A stretch of 64,000 bases of DNA from Candidatus Moraniibacteriota bacterium (GTDB lineage: Bacteria; Patescibacteriota; Minisyncoccia; Moranbacterales; GCA-2747515): NCBI GenBank assembly GCA_027031495.1, contig JALVQA010000014.1, positions 849-64,848 of the forward strand, in the 5' to 3' direction. A program made the translations under genes and the position numbers. The notes below the pieces were generated by a model. It had not been told where the DNA came from. It saw only the letters and a program-made list of their open reading frames with translations, and made no database searches. Shown one piece after another: positions 39,266 to 49,492 of this stretch. The number at the start of each line of letters is the position of its first letter. Position 1 is the first letter of the stretch.

Positions 39266-40059
39266 TTTTTAAAATTGCCGTCTTTTTGCGCACAACAATT
39301 TTCATGCGCACCATCCGTGTAGTGATGTAAAATCTCCACAACACCACATACATCTCTTTGTCGCGCCACATAACCACCACGCTCTTTAACATATGCCTGG
39401 ATATCCTCTGTCGCATTTGCGGGACACGCCACATGCCCTACTTCCTTTAGCATTGGCAGATCACCCACCGTATCACCAATACCTACCATTGCCGTCGGCG
39501 CAATGCCGACTTTCTCGGCAAGAAAGTGTAGCGCACTTCCCTTATTTACACCTTTAGGCATAATATCAACTGCTGCTGCCGAATGTGTAATTTCAAGAGC
39601 ATCACCATATGGCGCAGCGATTTTTTGCACATGTTCGTAAAGCTCCTTCACTGTCATATCGCCTTTGGGATCGAGGGATAGACACACTTCTTTGCCAGGT
39701 TCGTGTTTTGCACTATCGCTAATTGCTCTTAGAATTTCTGTTTTTATTGACATAAAGCGCTCCAACGCACCTTGCAGCAGAGGATGTGGCACTAAAAAGT
39801 CCTCATCAATGTGAGAGTAATATAGAAAACATCCATTCTCAACAATGCTTGGCACACCACGATAGTACGATCCTGTAAGCTGTAGTAACGCCTCCGCATA
39901 TGGCTGTGAGCGACCTGTGCACAGAGCTATAGGAATGTCAGGATGCGCATCTACCCATGCACGCACGCGCGTAAATTCCTCAATATCCAACCGGTGCCCC
40001 TTGCCGACCGTGAGACATCCATCAATATCAAGAACGATGAGTTGTATGTTGTGAGTCAT
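39262..40059 (-). CDS. HAD-superfamily subfamily IIB phosphatase (Cof / mannosyl-3-phosphoglycerate-phosphatase-like).
   Basis: LIVLDIDGCLT motif I, GIGDTVGD motif IV-like, 265 aa. Overlaps the upstream gene by 4 nt. Confidence 0.78.
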   Translation of the reverse strand: MTHNIQLIVLDIDGCLTVGKGHRLDIEEFTRVRAWVDAHPDIPIALCTGRSQPYAEALLQLTGSYYRGVPSIVENGCFLYYSHIDEDFLVPHPLLQGALERFMSIKTEILRAISDSAKHEPGKEVCLSLDPKGDMTVKELYEHVQKIAAPYGDALEITHSAAAVDIMPKGVNKGSALHFLAEKVGIAPTAMVGIGDTVGDLPMLKEVGHVACPANATEDIQAYVKERGGYVARQRDVCGVVEILHHYTDGAHENCCAQKDGNFKN

Positions 40060-40253
40060 ATGAGACGCTGTTTATGTATGCAAATGATATTCACACAATG
40101 TGTGATATACATCCATCATATCACCACCACGCCCACCGTCAACTAAATGTATGATGAAGTATGAATACCATTTATCATTATTTCTGTAATTCTCACGGCA
40201 TATATAAAAGCGGCAAAATCGCCGCTTATATATTCAGGTTCTGCTGACAACTG

Positions 40254-40976
40254 CTATACATCACTCTCGGGTGTCATTTTCTGATAGACTGCGCGGTGTG
40301 CAGCTGCCACTTTGCTTGTTGCTTCTCCGGAGCCTATATTAATATTCTTGAATTCTTCATCACTAAGAATGCGTAGGCTCCCCACATCGTCAGGACGCTC
40401 CACAGTAACTATCGCACCGACCATGCGCACTTTTTCCGGCCCGTGATCAGTATCGCCGAGATCCTCTGTTGCAACATTTTCCAGAGCCTCAACACCGGTT
40501 ATCGCGCACCCACTCAACGCCCTTGCCTTAAATGGCAGTGAAGAAAGGTTTGCGCCAACGGCACCAAATGTATCTATGCGTGCAGCATTCTTGACACGCT
40601 CATCCACACCGTCCGGCACATTACGTCGAGCAAATGCCCACTGCGTATTACCTGCCTCATCAGCAAAGCGGATTGCTATGTGCGTAGAATAGCGCACTGC
40701 ACCATCTTCTGAGACAATAATTGGGTTGCCAAATTCATCTTCCTTTAGTTGGAAACCGGGCGTATTTTGTACAAACTCCCTAGAAAAATACTCTTTCAAT
40801 ACATCTGGAAGATCTGCAATTTCTGTGCCATTTGCTAGAGCGTTGCGCAGACCATTTTCCAATGCACTCTGCATGAATACATCTTGCTCTGTAAGATTTT
40901 CCACATGTTGCTCACGTACCTCCGGCTTCTGTAGCACTTCTTTCTTCTCATTTGAATTGATTGGTGTCTCAAACAT
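40254..40976 (-). CDS. Uncharacterised protein, member 1 of a local three-copy paralog family.
   Basis: Shares the core DEFGNPIIVSEDGAVRYSTHIAIRFAD...FGAVGANLSSLPFK with the proteins at 41242-41820 and 47618-48211. Confidence 0.65.
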   Translation of the reverse strand: MFETPINSNEKKEVLQKPEVREQHVENLTEQDVFMQSALENGLRNALANGTEIADLPDVLKEYFSREFVQNTPGFQLKEDEFGNPIIVSEDGAVRYSTHIAIRFADEAGNTQWAFARRNVPDGVDERVKNAARIDTFGAVGANLSSLPFKARALSGCAITGVEALENVATEDLGDTDHGPEKVRMVGAIVTVERPDDVGSLRILSDEEFKNINIGSGEATSKVAAAHRAVYQKMTPESDV

Positions 40977-41241
40977 AGTTTTAAAAAATAATAAAGATAT
41001 TACAATATTTTGCTTTCATGAATGGCAGCGCAATCGTACCGTATTTCACACACTCTATTATACACCGTTTGGTGGATTTTGTCGCGCAAAAGTATGATAG
41101 TATCATACAAATACTTGCAAGACCCTTCACTATTGTAATAAGAAAACGCCGAGTTCCTGTTTCAGAAACCCGGCGATAGTTTGTTCAGCGCCAAAATTTT
41201 GGCGCTCGCTCACCCCGGCGTCCGTGCCGGGATAAGCCGTT

Positions 41242-41820
41242 TTATGCCCGCCGCCAGAGTCCTTTCACGGCGGCCTCGGCCTTGGCGGTCAGCTCATACC
41301 CCTCCGGCGGGGCGTCGAAAACTTCCCACCGCGGGTCGACTTCAAAAGCCGACAGACTGCCGCCATCCGGGACGACGAGCGCCCCAGCCATTTGGACGGT
41401 AGATCCGTCGTCCAGTTCCTCAATCGCTATGCGGTCAAGGAGCCGGAATACCTGCACCCGCTGCCCTAAGGCACCTTTCGGCACCTTGAACGGGGTGGAC
41501 GAGATGTTCGCCCCGACCGACCCCAGGGCATCCAGCCCCGGGTTTTTAATGACCTGCTCCACCGACTCGCGGTGAAGGAGCGCCAGCCGCGTGCCATCGG
41601 TGAAGGCCACAAATGTCGACAGGCGGACGTCACCTGTCGCATTTGTGATCACGGGGTTACCGTGATCATCTTTCTCGTTCGCCAAGGGCCGCATGACCCT
41701 GGCGAGCGCAGACGGGATATGCTCGATTGTCCCGGCACGCTCAACGCCTTCCTGGAGTGCCCGACCGAGCCACTCCAAGTTTTTGTTCATCGGGACGGAA
41801 TACTGTTTTTTTACTTTCAT
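41242..41820 (-). CDS. Uncharacterised protein, member 2 of the paralog family, encoded in a GC-rich (~60%) patch.
   Basis: Core DDHGNPVITNATGDVRLSTFVAFTD...LGSVGANISSTPFK. GGAGG Shine-Dalgarno upstream. GC content is clearly above the flanks. Confidence 0.65.
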   Translation of the reverse strand: MKVKKQYSVPMNKNLEWLGRALQEGVERAGTIEHIPSALARVMRPLANEKDDHGNPVITNATGDVRLSTFVAFTDGTRLALLHRESVEQVIKNPGLDALGSVGANISSTPFKVPKGALGQRVQVFRLLDRIAIEELDDGSTVQMAGALVVPDGGSLSAFEVDPRWEVFDAPPEGYELTAKAEAAVKGLWRRA

Positions 41821-42067
41821 CGCGATACCTCCTCAGGGTTTGCGATTTTTAAAAAAAGGCATCCTGCCCATGGTGCGCATTACCCATGTAACGCGCACCA
41901 TCCCTGTGACGCACCCGCGTCACTGTGTGCAATATGACACAGCATAAATATATTGTCAACCAAAAGTATGATAATGTATGAAATATAAAAACCATCTAAA
42001 AATATATACCATAAAAAACAACAGGCACTCTCCTTGAGTGCCTGTGCCTCACAACGCTCTCTTTTCG

Positions 42068-43195
42068 CTATTGATCTGTACGTGGCTGACGCAGAACAAT
42101 AATCAACATGCCAAGAAGTGCCAGCGCTGTCACGGCAAGCGCGCCCCATACAAGCCACGGATGGCGTTCTGTAATACGATTCTCTGTTGTATCACACGCA
42201 TCACCAATACCGTCACGATCCGTGTCACGCTGTAGTGCATTTGGTATTGTCGGACAATTATCCATTGCATTAACAATACTATCACCATCCGTGTCCTCAC
42301 ATGCGTCACCTTTGCCATTACCATCACTATCTTGCTGATCACGATTTTTTATATGCGGGCAATTGTCATCCTTATCCGGCACACCGTCACCATCCACATC
42401 ACGTGGCACAAAAAGCGGATTTTCCACGAGTGCGTCAATGCGCCCAATTTGTTGTTTAGCCGGTGGAATAGAACCACGTTCCATCGGCGATATACCAACT
42501 CTATCCTTTGATGCATAGAGAGTATAATGATGGTCTGGTTGCGCAATAAATGTAAGGAAGCGCTGTTGTTGCCCTGTCGCTTCTGCTATGACTTCCGCTA
42601 TGACCAGTGGTTGGTAGTGCTCAAGCGTTACACGCACTTCTTTTGTTGATACAAGAGGAAAAGTTATATACGCACCTCTCATTTGCGTCCGCGCAATAAG
42701 TACATTTCCCTGCGCGTCATGTACGGTTACGTAGTCAGGCAGCGCACTGTGCGGCGGCATTTCCAGTTGAATTCCTGACACCTCTTTCGGTGCATCAAAA
42801 CGTACAACCAACGTTGTCGTTGAGAGTGTCACTCCATCTGTACCAAAAGTAACAGTCGTTTCCACACTGCCATCACTTAATGCCTCACGACGCATGCCGT
42901 CAGCATCAACATCCCACGATGGCGTTTCTGCATAAAAATCCCACCACGAAGGTATGCGCTTATGTATAGTATCGTCATAAACAATGGCATCAACAAACAC
43001 ACGTGGCACATCTTCTATGCGCACAGCAGTTGGCATACGTAAATGTGGCATACTGATTGGCGTCATAAATGCGAAGCGCGTACGCACGTCGTGTTCTTGC
43101 TGATCTTTTTTAGCAGCATACACAGCATGCACGCCTAACACACTGCACACGCTCACAATTGCAATAGTTGTCAATGAAAATATTGTCTTCATCAT
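42068..43195 (-). CDS. Secreted/anchored surface protein with thrombospondin type-3 calcium-binding repeats and a C-terminal TM anchor.
   Basis: N-terminal signal peptide. [53 protein letters not shown]3-like DxDxDG/DNCP repeats. C-terminal hydrophobic helix. Confidence 0.7.
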   Translation of the reverse strand: MMKTIFSLTTIAIVSVCSVLGVHAVYAAKKDQQEHDVRTRFAFMTPISMPHLRMPTAVRIEDVPRVFVDAIVYDDTIHKRIPSWWDFYAETPSWDVDADGMRREALSDGSVETTVTFGTDGVTLSTTTLVVRFDAPKEVSGIQLEMPPHSALPDYVTVHDAQGNVLIARTQMRGAYITFPLVSTKEVRVTLEHYQPLVIAEVIAEATGQQQRFLTFIAQPDHHYTLYASKDRVGISPMERGSIPPAKQQIGRIDALVENPLFVPRDVDGDGVPDKDDNCPHIKNRDQQDSDGNGKGDACEDTDGDSIVNAMDNCPTIPNALQRDTDRDGIGDACDTTENRITERHPWLVWGALAVTALALLGMLIIVLRQPRTDQ

Positions 43196-43209
43196 AGTGG
43201 TTTTAGTAT

Positions 43210-45093
43210 TTATTTAGAAAGTGTATTTTGATCTTCGTGATGCGCTGTACGCCATGCCGTCGCAATCAGTGCACCACCAACTATTGCAAATGTAATAACG
43301 CGACCGCCAATATTCATCATCCATACATCAATGAGAATGATACGCACAGCAACCGCCACCAGGATAACGGCGCCCAATTTGTACATAACAGTACTTGCAC
43401 GCACAAAGTAGAAGAGTACGCCGACAAGTGAGTAAAGAATGAGCGCTATAGCTGTTGCGACAGTCGTTGTAAACGACGCATGTAATACTAACCATACAAC
43501 AAAGAAAACTACAGCGAGTGCGGTAATTGCCAATACGGAAACAGCGGTACGTGCCGGTCGCTGCGTACCATAGAAGAAATACAGCAGCGTCGCCGTAAAC
43601 ACAAGACCGCACGCAAAAAAGAGCATCGCTATTGTTTCCGGCAGCGCAAGAACGTCGAGTAATGATGGATATGTCACCGTACTAAATGTACTGTAAAAAT
43701 CACTGGAAACATGCGAGCGTTCCAGCGCGAAGACTGCATATGAAAACTTGCTAACAAGGTGAGGGAAAAAGAATGCTGGCAAAGCGTATACGATTGTTGT
43801 GTGCGCTGTTATGCGCTGTTGACGTAACACGAGCGCAACAACAAGCACCGCGATGAAGGCTTCTATTGTCAACATTGGCACGAGCAGTGCAATTTTTTCA
43901 AAAACACGCACAATCGCCACGCCAAGTATGCCGGCAGCGGGTACAACATACGCAAAGAACGCAATAGCATCACGTACACGTGCAAATACACCAAAACCAA
44001 CTACACCAAAGAGCAGTGCCGCAAACGCAAGAGAAATACCCTCCCACTCATGCAGCCGCGCAAGAATAATCCATAAAACAGTGTATATGCCGCTAAGTAC
44101 CATCAATACCGCTATAGCACGCCGCATCTTTGTGTCTATGTGTCCGCGAATAAAAAGCCCCGCAACGGCAGCGCCGAACATTACAGCACCAAGAAGGGCA
44201 AAGAGCATTTGTTTAGTGGCAAAGTCGTCAAGAAAAGTAGGTGCCGCAGAAATACTGTATATCATGAGAAAGGTAGCACTAATGAAAGATGGCACACTCC
44301 ATCGTTGCTGAATGAGAAGCCAACATGCACTCGCAGTAATTGCTAAAAGGTATGCAAATAAACTGTAAAAATGCGACACTGGTGACGCTGTAAGATATGG
44401 CGCCACAAAAGCACATAATGCCATCGTTGTTGCCAGGGCCTGGAAACGCCATCGTACACTCGCGACCACACCAACAATGAGTGGAAGAACCATCATTACA
44501 AGTGCGCTTTCTGGTGTAAAGAAATCATATACATGACGCGCAATGCCGATAACAGCAATTATGCCAACAGCGCCGCCGGCAAAGAGCGCCGCGCCACGCA
44601 CAGGACTCCTGCGCACCATATCCTGCAGGCCAAAAAACATAATCGCCGTTGCAATGACAAGACCTAGCGCTATGCGACCGACAGGACCAATCCATCCTTG
44701 CGCAAAAGAGTACTGTGCAAACCAGATCAACGCCAACAATACAAAGAGGATACCAATTTTCATCAATGGATTCTGCACAGCCCATGCACCAAAACGTGAA
44801 AAAATGTTGCCTACCTTTGAAGCCTGCACAGCTTTATCAAGAAAAGTATCATCGTGTTGTTGCAATGATGTTGCCGAACTTTGTTTATCCGCCTCGCTCG
44901 ATGACACCATAGCAGTATCGTGTGCGCCATCATAAGGCACTGCCTCTTTATTTTCCTCGCGTGCTGTCGTGGCAACATGCGCTATAGCAGTAGCACGTTC
45001 TATTTTTTCTATTCGCTCTTCTATGCGTTTCATGCGTACACTGATATGACGGACAAAAAAGAATAATAAAAGTATTAAAATTAAAGAAAACAT
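43210..45093 (-). CDS. Large polytopic membrane protein (>12 predicted TM helices) with an N-terminal coiled-coil helix.
   Basis: 627-aa highly hydrophobic ORF. No catalytic motif recognised. Confidence 0.7.
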   Translation of the reverse strand: MFSLILILLLFFFVRHISVRMKRIEERIEKIERATAIAHVATTAREENKEAVPYDGAHDTAMVSSSEADKQSSATSLQQHDDTFLDKAVQASKVGNIFSRFGAWAVQNPLMKIGILFVLLALIWFAQYSFAQGWIGPVGRIALGLVIATAIMFFGLQDMVRRSPVRGAALFAGGAVGIIAVIGIARHVYDFFTPESALVMMVLPLIVGVVASVRWRFQALATTMALCAFVAPYLTASPVSHFYSLFAYLLAITASACWLLIQQRWSVPSFISATFLMIYSISAAPTFLDDFATKQMLFALLGAVMFGAAVAGLFIRGHIDTKMRRAIAVLMVLSGIYTVLWIILARLHEWEGISLAFAALLFGVVGFGVFARVRDAIAFFAYVVPAAGILGVAIVRVFEKIALLVPMLTIEAFIAVLVVALVLRQQRITAHTTIVYALPAFFFPHLVSKFSYAVFALERSHVSSDFYSTFSTVTYPSLLDVLALPETIAMLFFACGLVFTATLLYFFYGTQRPARTAVSVLAITALAVVFFVVWLVLHASFTTTVATAIALILYSLVGVLFYFVRASTVMYKLGAVILVAVAVRIILIDVWMMNIGGRVITFAIVGGALIATAWRTAHHEDQNTLSK

Positions 45094-45193
45094 ATTGTCT
45101 TTTCTCTATAAGTTATATGGTTATTATATCATGTATAAAAAAATGTATACAAAAACTGGCCCACACGGAGACCGGCTATATAATTCAATCATA

Positions 45194-45715
45194 TCACTGC
45201 ATAGAACGTGCGGCTGCCATTACTTTTGTTGTCGCATTCTTGTAATTAACATCCGCACGATGGACCCATTCGTATCTAATTATTGTACTTCTGAGATTGT
45301 ATGGAACCGTGTTGTTCCTATTCAAAACTTCTCGCCCACTGTCGTCAATGCGAAAAAGTGCGACGACGATCATCATGAACACATTGTGCACATAACGACA
45401 CTCATGCGCGAGGGTTACATCCTCAACATACCCCGTTACAGAGCGTTCATTGACGTGCCACATCCCTTGTGCAACAAATACTTGCGAACTCTTCGGCGTA
45501 TCCCATCGCCATCTTATATTGCGCCCCTTTTGCGACGTCACGATCTTACGGCAAAGATACATATTATCCTTATGATCAGCAATCACAACCGCGGTCACTA
45601 CATGAACAGGTAGCCCCGATATACATGGCAGAATCAGTCCTCTTATTTCTTCTTCATTTTTTCTGAAAAAGATGTTAAGATCAGCAAGACTCTTTATAGA
45701 CTTATATTCATTCAC
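45194..45715 (-). CDS. Hypothetical protein (173 aa, GTG start with GGAG RBS).
   Basis: Preferred over the overlapping + strand ORF 45095-45613. Reasons: RBS, neighbourhood strand, and more protein-like composition. Confidence 0.35.
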   Translation of the reverse strand: MNEYKSIKSLADLNIFFRKNEEEIRGLILPCISGLPVHVVTAVVIADHKDNMYLCRKIVTSQKGRNIRWRWDTPKSSQVFVAQGMWHVNERSVTGYVEDVTLAHECRYVHNVFMMIVVALFRIDDSGREVLNRNNTVPYNLRSTIIRYEWVHRADVNYKNATTKVMAAARSMQ

Positions 45716-46201
45716 TGCAATCTCCTTTTTTAAAGCAACAAAAAAACATCAAGCACGTACGTTACGCGCCACGTAATCTATTTATATAAATATTTCAGAA
45801 GGATGTCAATGCATTAGCATTGCCATGTGCAATAATTAGATAACCAGCCCACGAAATCTACGACGTTCACAACACTTACTCTTTGCGAAAACTTCTAATA
45901 TAAAACTGCGCCGTTTGTGAGATCTAAATACCAGCACACAGCAATACACATTATATAATATTTACCTACACACACTGCCAACTCTAAACTTTCTACATTA
46001 ACCAATAAATCACAAGCAAAAACCTACTCCATAGAGTGAGTACACTTTTCAAAAACATTGATATACTCATAGCCATACTTATAAAATTTCTCCTCTATGG
46101 AAAATCCATGCCACGCACTGCAATTCCCTCGCGATATCTCTGTATTACTATTCATAACAATAGCATAACCCGTATACTTTAATGCCAATAGTATATAGCA
46201 C

Positions 46202-47488
46202 TTATGCCGCACTTTCTGCAAGCAACTCGTACATTTTCTTTTTATAAACATCAACACCCGGCTGATCAAAAGGGTTAACACCAAGCATATAACCACTTAT
46301 CGCACATGCGTACTCAAAAAAGTAGAAAGCCGCACCGAGATTGTAGGCATCGATTTTTTTCATCTTTACGCGCATCACCGGTACGCCGCCCTCGCGGTGC
46401 GCTGCAATTGTTGCGTTCTCTGCAATCTTGTTGATTGCGCCCATCGCCATGCCATACTGTGCATCCAATCCATCCAGCGCATTATCACTTTGTGGTACAA
46501 CAACAGCATTATCTTGTGCTGCGACAGAGAGTACTGTCTCGCACATGATGCGTGCACCTTGCTGCATATACTGACCGAGCGAATGTAGATCTGTTGTAAA
46601 CATCATTGACGTTGGTAAAAGCCCTTTATGTTCTTTGCCTTCTGACTCACCAAAAAGTTGTTTCCACCACTCCGCAACATATGCAAGTTTCGGCTCATAT
46701 GTTGCGAGAACATCAACCTTTATGCCAGTGCGATACAATAATGTACGCGCCGCAGCATACTGCATGCACTCGTTTTGCACAAAACGATCACCTTCGCACA
46801 TACTCCTTTGCGTCGCAGCCCCATCCATCATTGCATCAATATCACCGCCAGCCACAGCAATTGGCAACAAGCCAACCGGCGTCAGAACACTATAGCGTCC
46901 ACCAACATCATCCGGCACAACAAATAGACGGTATCCTTTATCACGCGCATAGTCATGGAGAGCACCGCTGCGTGCGTCTGTTGTTGCGATAACACGCTCT
47001 TTCATCTCTTCAGCGCTGTAGCGCTTCGAAAGCCACGCATGCAAAACGCGAAAAGCCAATGCCGGCTCAAGTGTCGTGCCGGATTTCGAGATAACATTAA
47101 TATAAACACTTTTACCTTCCAATACATCCATTAGCTCCGCTAACTCCGTTGCGCTAATGTTTTTGCCGGCAAAGTAAATCGCTGGCACATCGGCACCTGC
47201 ACGTTCGTTATGGTAGCTGTGTGTCAGTGCTGTAATGGCGGCACGTGCACCAAGATACGACCCACCAATACCAATGACGACAAACGCATCAGCTTTTGCG
47301 CGTATTTCCTCTGCAATCGCGCCAATGCGCACGTATTCATCACTTTTTTTATATGTTACTGGTAGATCGCGCCATCCACGCATCGCACTACCAGGACCCG
47401 TTCCCTCTCTTACAGTACGTGCCGCATCCTCCGCTTCACGTGCAAGCGATGTAATATCATAGCGTGCATCATTTTCAAAAGTAATCAT
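46202..47488 (-). CDS. pgi: Glucose-6-phosphate isomerase (short-type PGI).
   Basis: AFVVIGIGGSYLGARA sugar-isomerase signature. 428 aa. Confidence 0.88.
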   Translation of the reverse strand: MITFENDARYDITSLAREAEDAARTVREGTGPGSAMRGWRDLPVTYKKSDEYVRIGAIAEEIRAKADAFVVIGIGGSYLGARAAITALTHSYHNERAGADVPAIYFAGKNISATELAELMDVLEGKSVYINVISKSGTTLEPALAFRVLHAWLSKRYSAEEMKERVIATTDARSGALHDYARDKGYRLFVVPDDVGGRYSVLTPVGLLPIAVAGGDIDAMMDGAATQRSMCEGDRFVQNECMQYAAARTLLYRTGIKVDVLATYEPKLAYVAEWWKQLFGESEGKEHKGLLPTSMMFTTDLHSLGQYMQQGARIMCETVLSVAAQDNAVVVPQSDNALDGLDAQYGMAMGAINKIAENATIAAHREGGVPVMRVKMKKIDAYNLGAAFYFFEYACAISGYMLGVNPFDQPGVDVYKKKMYELLAESAA

Positions 47489-47617
47489 TGTATCTTTGTT
47501 ATATTCTTACCGTACCTTTTCATGATACACGCACCCACAGAAAAAGAAAAACCGGATCTCCTATTTATCGGAGATCCGGCAGAGCGCTTGCTAGCGCGCC
47601 TTGTAATAGTACACTTT

Positions 47618-48211
47618 TTAAAGCGCTTTCACCGCCACCTGCGCCTTAACAGTAAGCGCGACACCCGCCAGCGACGCCCTGTCAAAAATCCGCCACCGCT
47701 TATCGCAACGCAGTGGTATCAAACTTTCCACGCCACAAAGCACACCGTGAAAGCGCACTTGCACACAATCGTCCCCGTCACCGACACGATCTTGCACAAC
47801 TACTTCGTGCACAGGATGCACGAAAATGATATTTTCCCCGAGAAAATCCTGTGGTACTACTTTCGGAAGTACGGGACAGTTTGCAAAAGCAGAGCCAAGT
47901 GTATCATGTTTTACAACAACACCACCCTTGCCTGCAAAAAATGTTCTTAGCAACGCTATCCTGCTAAGAGTGTCAACAAACGCGATATGCGTAAACATGC
48001 ACTCATCACCATGTACATTTGTAATGATCGGATTGCCATGCCCATCAGTTTCATCATACCCTATCGCTTGTGCGCGCTCCGCTATAGCTTCTGGAATATC
48101 TCCAATCGTAGAAGCATTTAGTATACCGGTCACTAGCACGTTTTTCATCGCTTGCGCCTGTGCTGCTAGATGCATAGCATGCACAACATATTCTTTGGTT
48201 TTTGATGTCAT
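47618..48211 (-). CDS. Uncharacterised protein, member 3 of the paralog family.
   Basis: Core TDGHGNPIITNVHGDECMFTHIAFVD. ATG at 48211 has an AGAGGTG Shine-Dalgarno. The ORF track extends to 48247. Confidence 0.6.
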   Translation of the reverse strand: MTSKTKEYVVHAMHLAAQAQAMKNVLVTGILNASTIGDIPEAIAERAQAIGYDETDGHGNPIITNVHGDECMFTHIAFVDTLSRIALLRTFFAGKGGVVVKHDTLGSAFANCPVLPKVVPQDFLGENIIFVHPVHEVVVQDRVGDGDDCVQVRFHGVLCGVESLIPLRCDKRWRIFDRASLAGVALTVKAQVAVKAL

Positions 48212-48379
48212 TTGACCTACACCTCTTCTTTTAAAGAAACAAAACATCGCTCAGCACATAATACATACCAAGCACCTACAGAACAGATACAATGCATCAG
48301 CACTGTATACACCGTTTATATACAAATTCACACCACTCGTCAATGTCCGCAAATAGCAGAATGCTTCCCAGTCAATATA

Positions 48380-49363
48380 CTACACATGCCCCAAGCCGCA
48401 CAGCGCTCTTACCGCACGCATTTTTTCATTAGCATATGCACGCGCGCGTGCTGCGCCACGTGTCAATATATCATGCACTTCTTCGTCGCTTATCGCACTG
48501 AAGCGTTCCTGTATCGGCACAATGTGATCAATAAGCGCTTCCGCAAGATCCCTTTTAAATTCACCATAACTACTCTGTGCATATCGCGCCTCCAACTCAG
48601 CAAATGATGTACCGGTCGCAAGATGATAAAGCGTAAGCAGATTTTTTAACGCTGGCTTATCATCGCTGTAGACAATCTCGCTCCCGCTATCAGTAACCGC
48701 TTTCTTGATTTTTTTGCGAATGGTTTCTGCATTGTCTGTCAACGCGATATAGTTGTACACACTTACGGCGCTCTTTGACATTTTTTTGTGAGGATTATCA
48801 AGGCCCATGATGCGCGCACCATGTGAAAGAAGTGTGCGCGGCACAATGAATGTCTCGCCAAAGCGTTTGTTGTAGCGTCGTGCAAGCGTACGCGTAAGCT
48901 CAACATGCTGCACTTGATCATCGCCAACTGGCACAATGTGCGTATCATAAAGCAAAATATCCGCCGCCATCAGCACAGGATAATCAAAAAGTGCAACACT
49001 TGCACGCTCACGCCCATCGCCGCTTTTATCTTTAAACTGCGTCATCTTCTCCATATCACCCATGCGTGCAATCGTGTTAAGAATCCACGCCAATTCACTG
49101 TGCGCCGGAATGTCTGATTGGACAAAAATGGTAGACTTTTGCGGATCAATACCGGCTGCAATGTACCATTTTGCCATATTGATAATATTCTGACGCAACG
49201 CAGATGGTTTTTGCGGCACGGTAATTGCGTGCAAGTCAACAATACAATACAACGCATCATAATCATCTTGTAATGCGATCCACTGCTTTATTGCGCCAAA
49301 ATAATTGCCAATATGTACGGTCCCTGTCGGCTGTATGCCACTGAACACTCTTTTGCGTTCCAT
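48380..49363 (-). CDS. trpS: Tryptophan--tRNA ligase.
   Basis: VFSGIQPTGTVHIGNYFGA (HIGH-type) and KMSKS motifs. 327 aa. Confidence 0.93.
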   Translation of the reverse strand: MERKRVFSGIQPTGTVHIGNYFGAIKQWIALQDDYDALYCIVDLHAITVPQKPSALRQNIINMAKWYIAAGIDPQKSTIFVQSDIPAHSELAWILNTIARMGDMEKMTQFKDKSGDGRERASVALFDYPVLMAADILLYDTHIVPVGDDQVQHVELTRTLARRYNKRFGETFIVPRTLLSHGARIMGLDNPHKKMSKSAVSVYNYIALTDNAETIRKKIKKAVTDSGSEIVYSDDKPALKNLLTLYHLATGTSFAELEARYAQSSYGEFKRDLAEALIDHIVPIQERFSAISDEEVHDILTRGAARARAYANEKMRAVRALCGLGHV

Positions 49364-49492
49364 ACGTAGTAATTTCTTAAATTCTTTAGTTCTTTATATC
49401 TTATCATAAAGCACACTCTCTTCACCAGAAAAGCCGCATACACTAAGCATGCGGCTTCGGGTTATCCTATTGCCTTTTGCTTCACCACGAAA

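Noticed and set aside
45095-45613. 172-aa + strand ORF overlapping the 45194-45715 minus-strand ORF.
   Set aside because: No RBS. Cys/His/Arg-rich random-like composition. The opposite-strand ORF has a GGAG RBS and matches the local gene orientation. Neither is strongly supported.
46024-46296. 90-aa minus-strand ORF overlapping the pgi 3' end.
   Set aside because: Overlaps the pgi C-terminus by ~95 nt in another frame and extends into an AT-rich spacer. Likely spurious.
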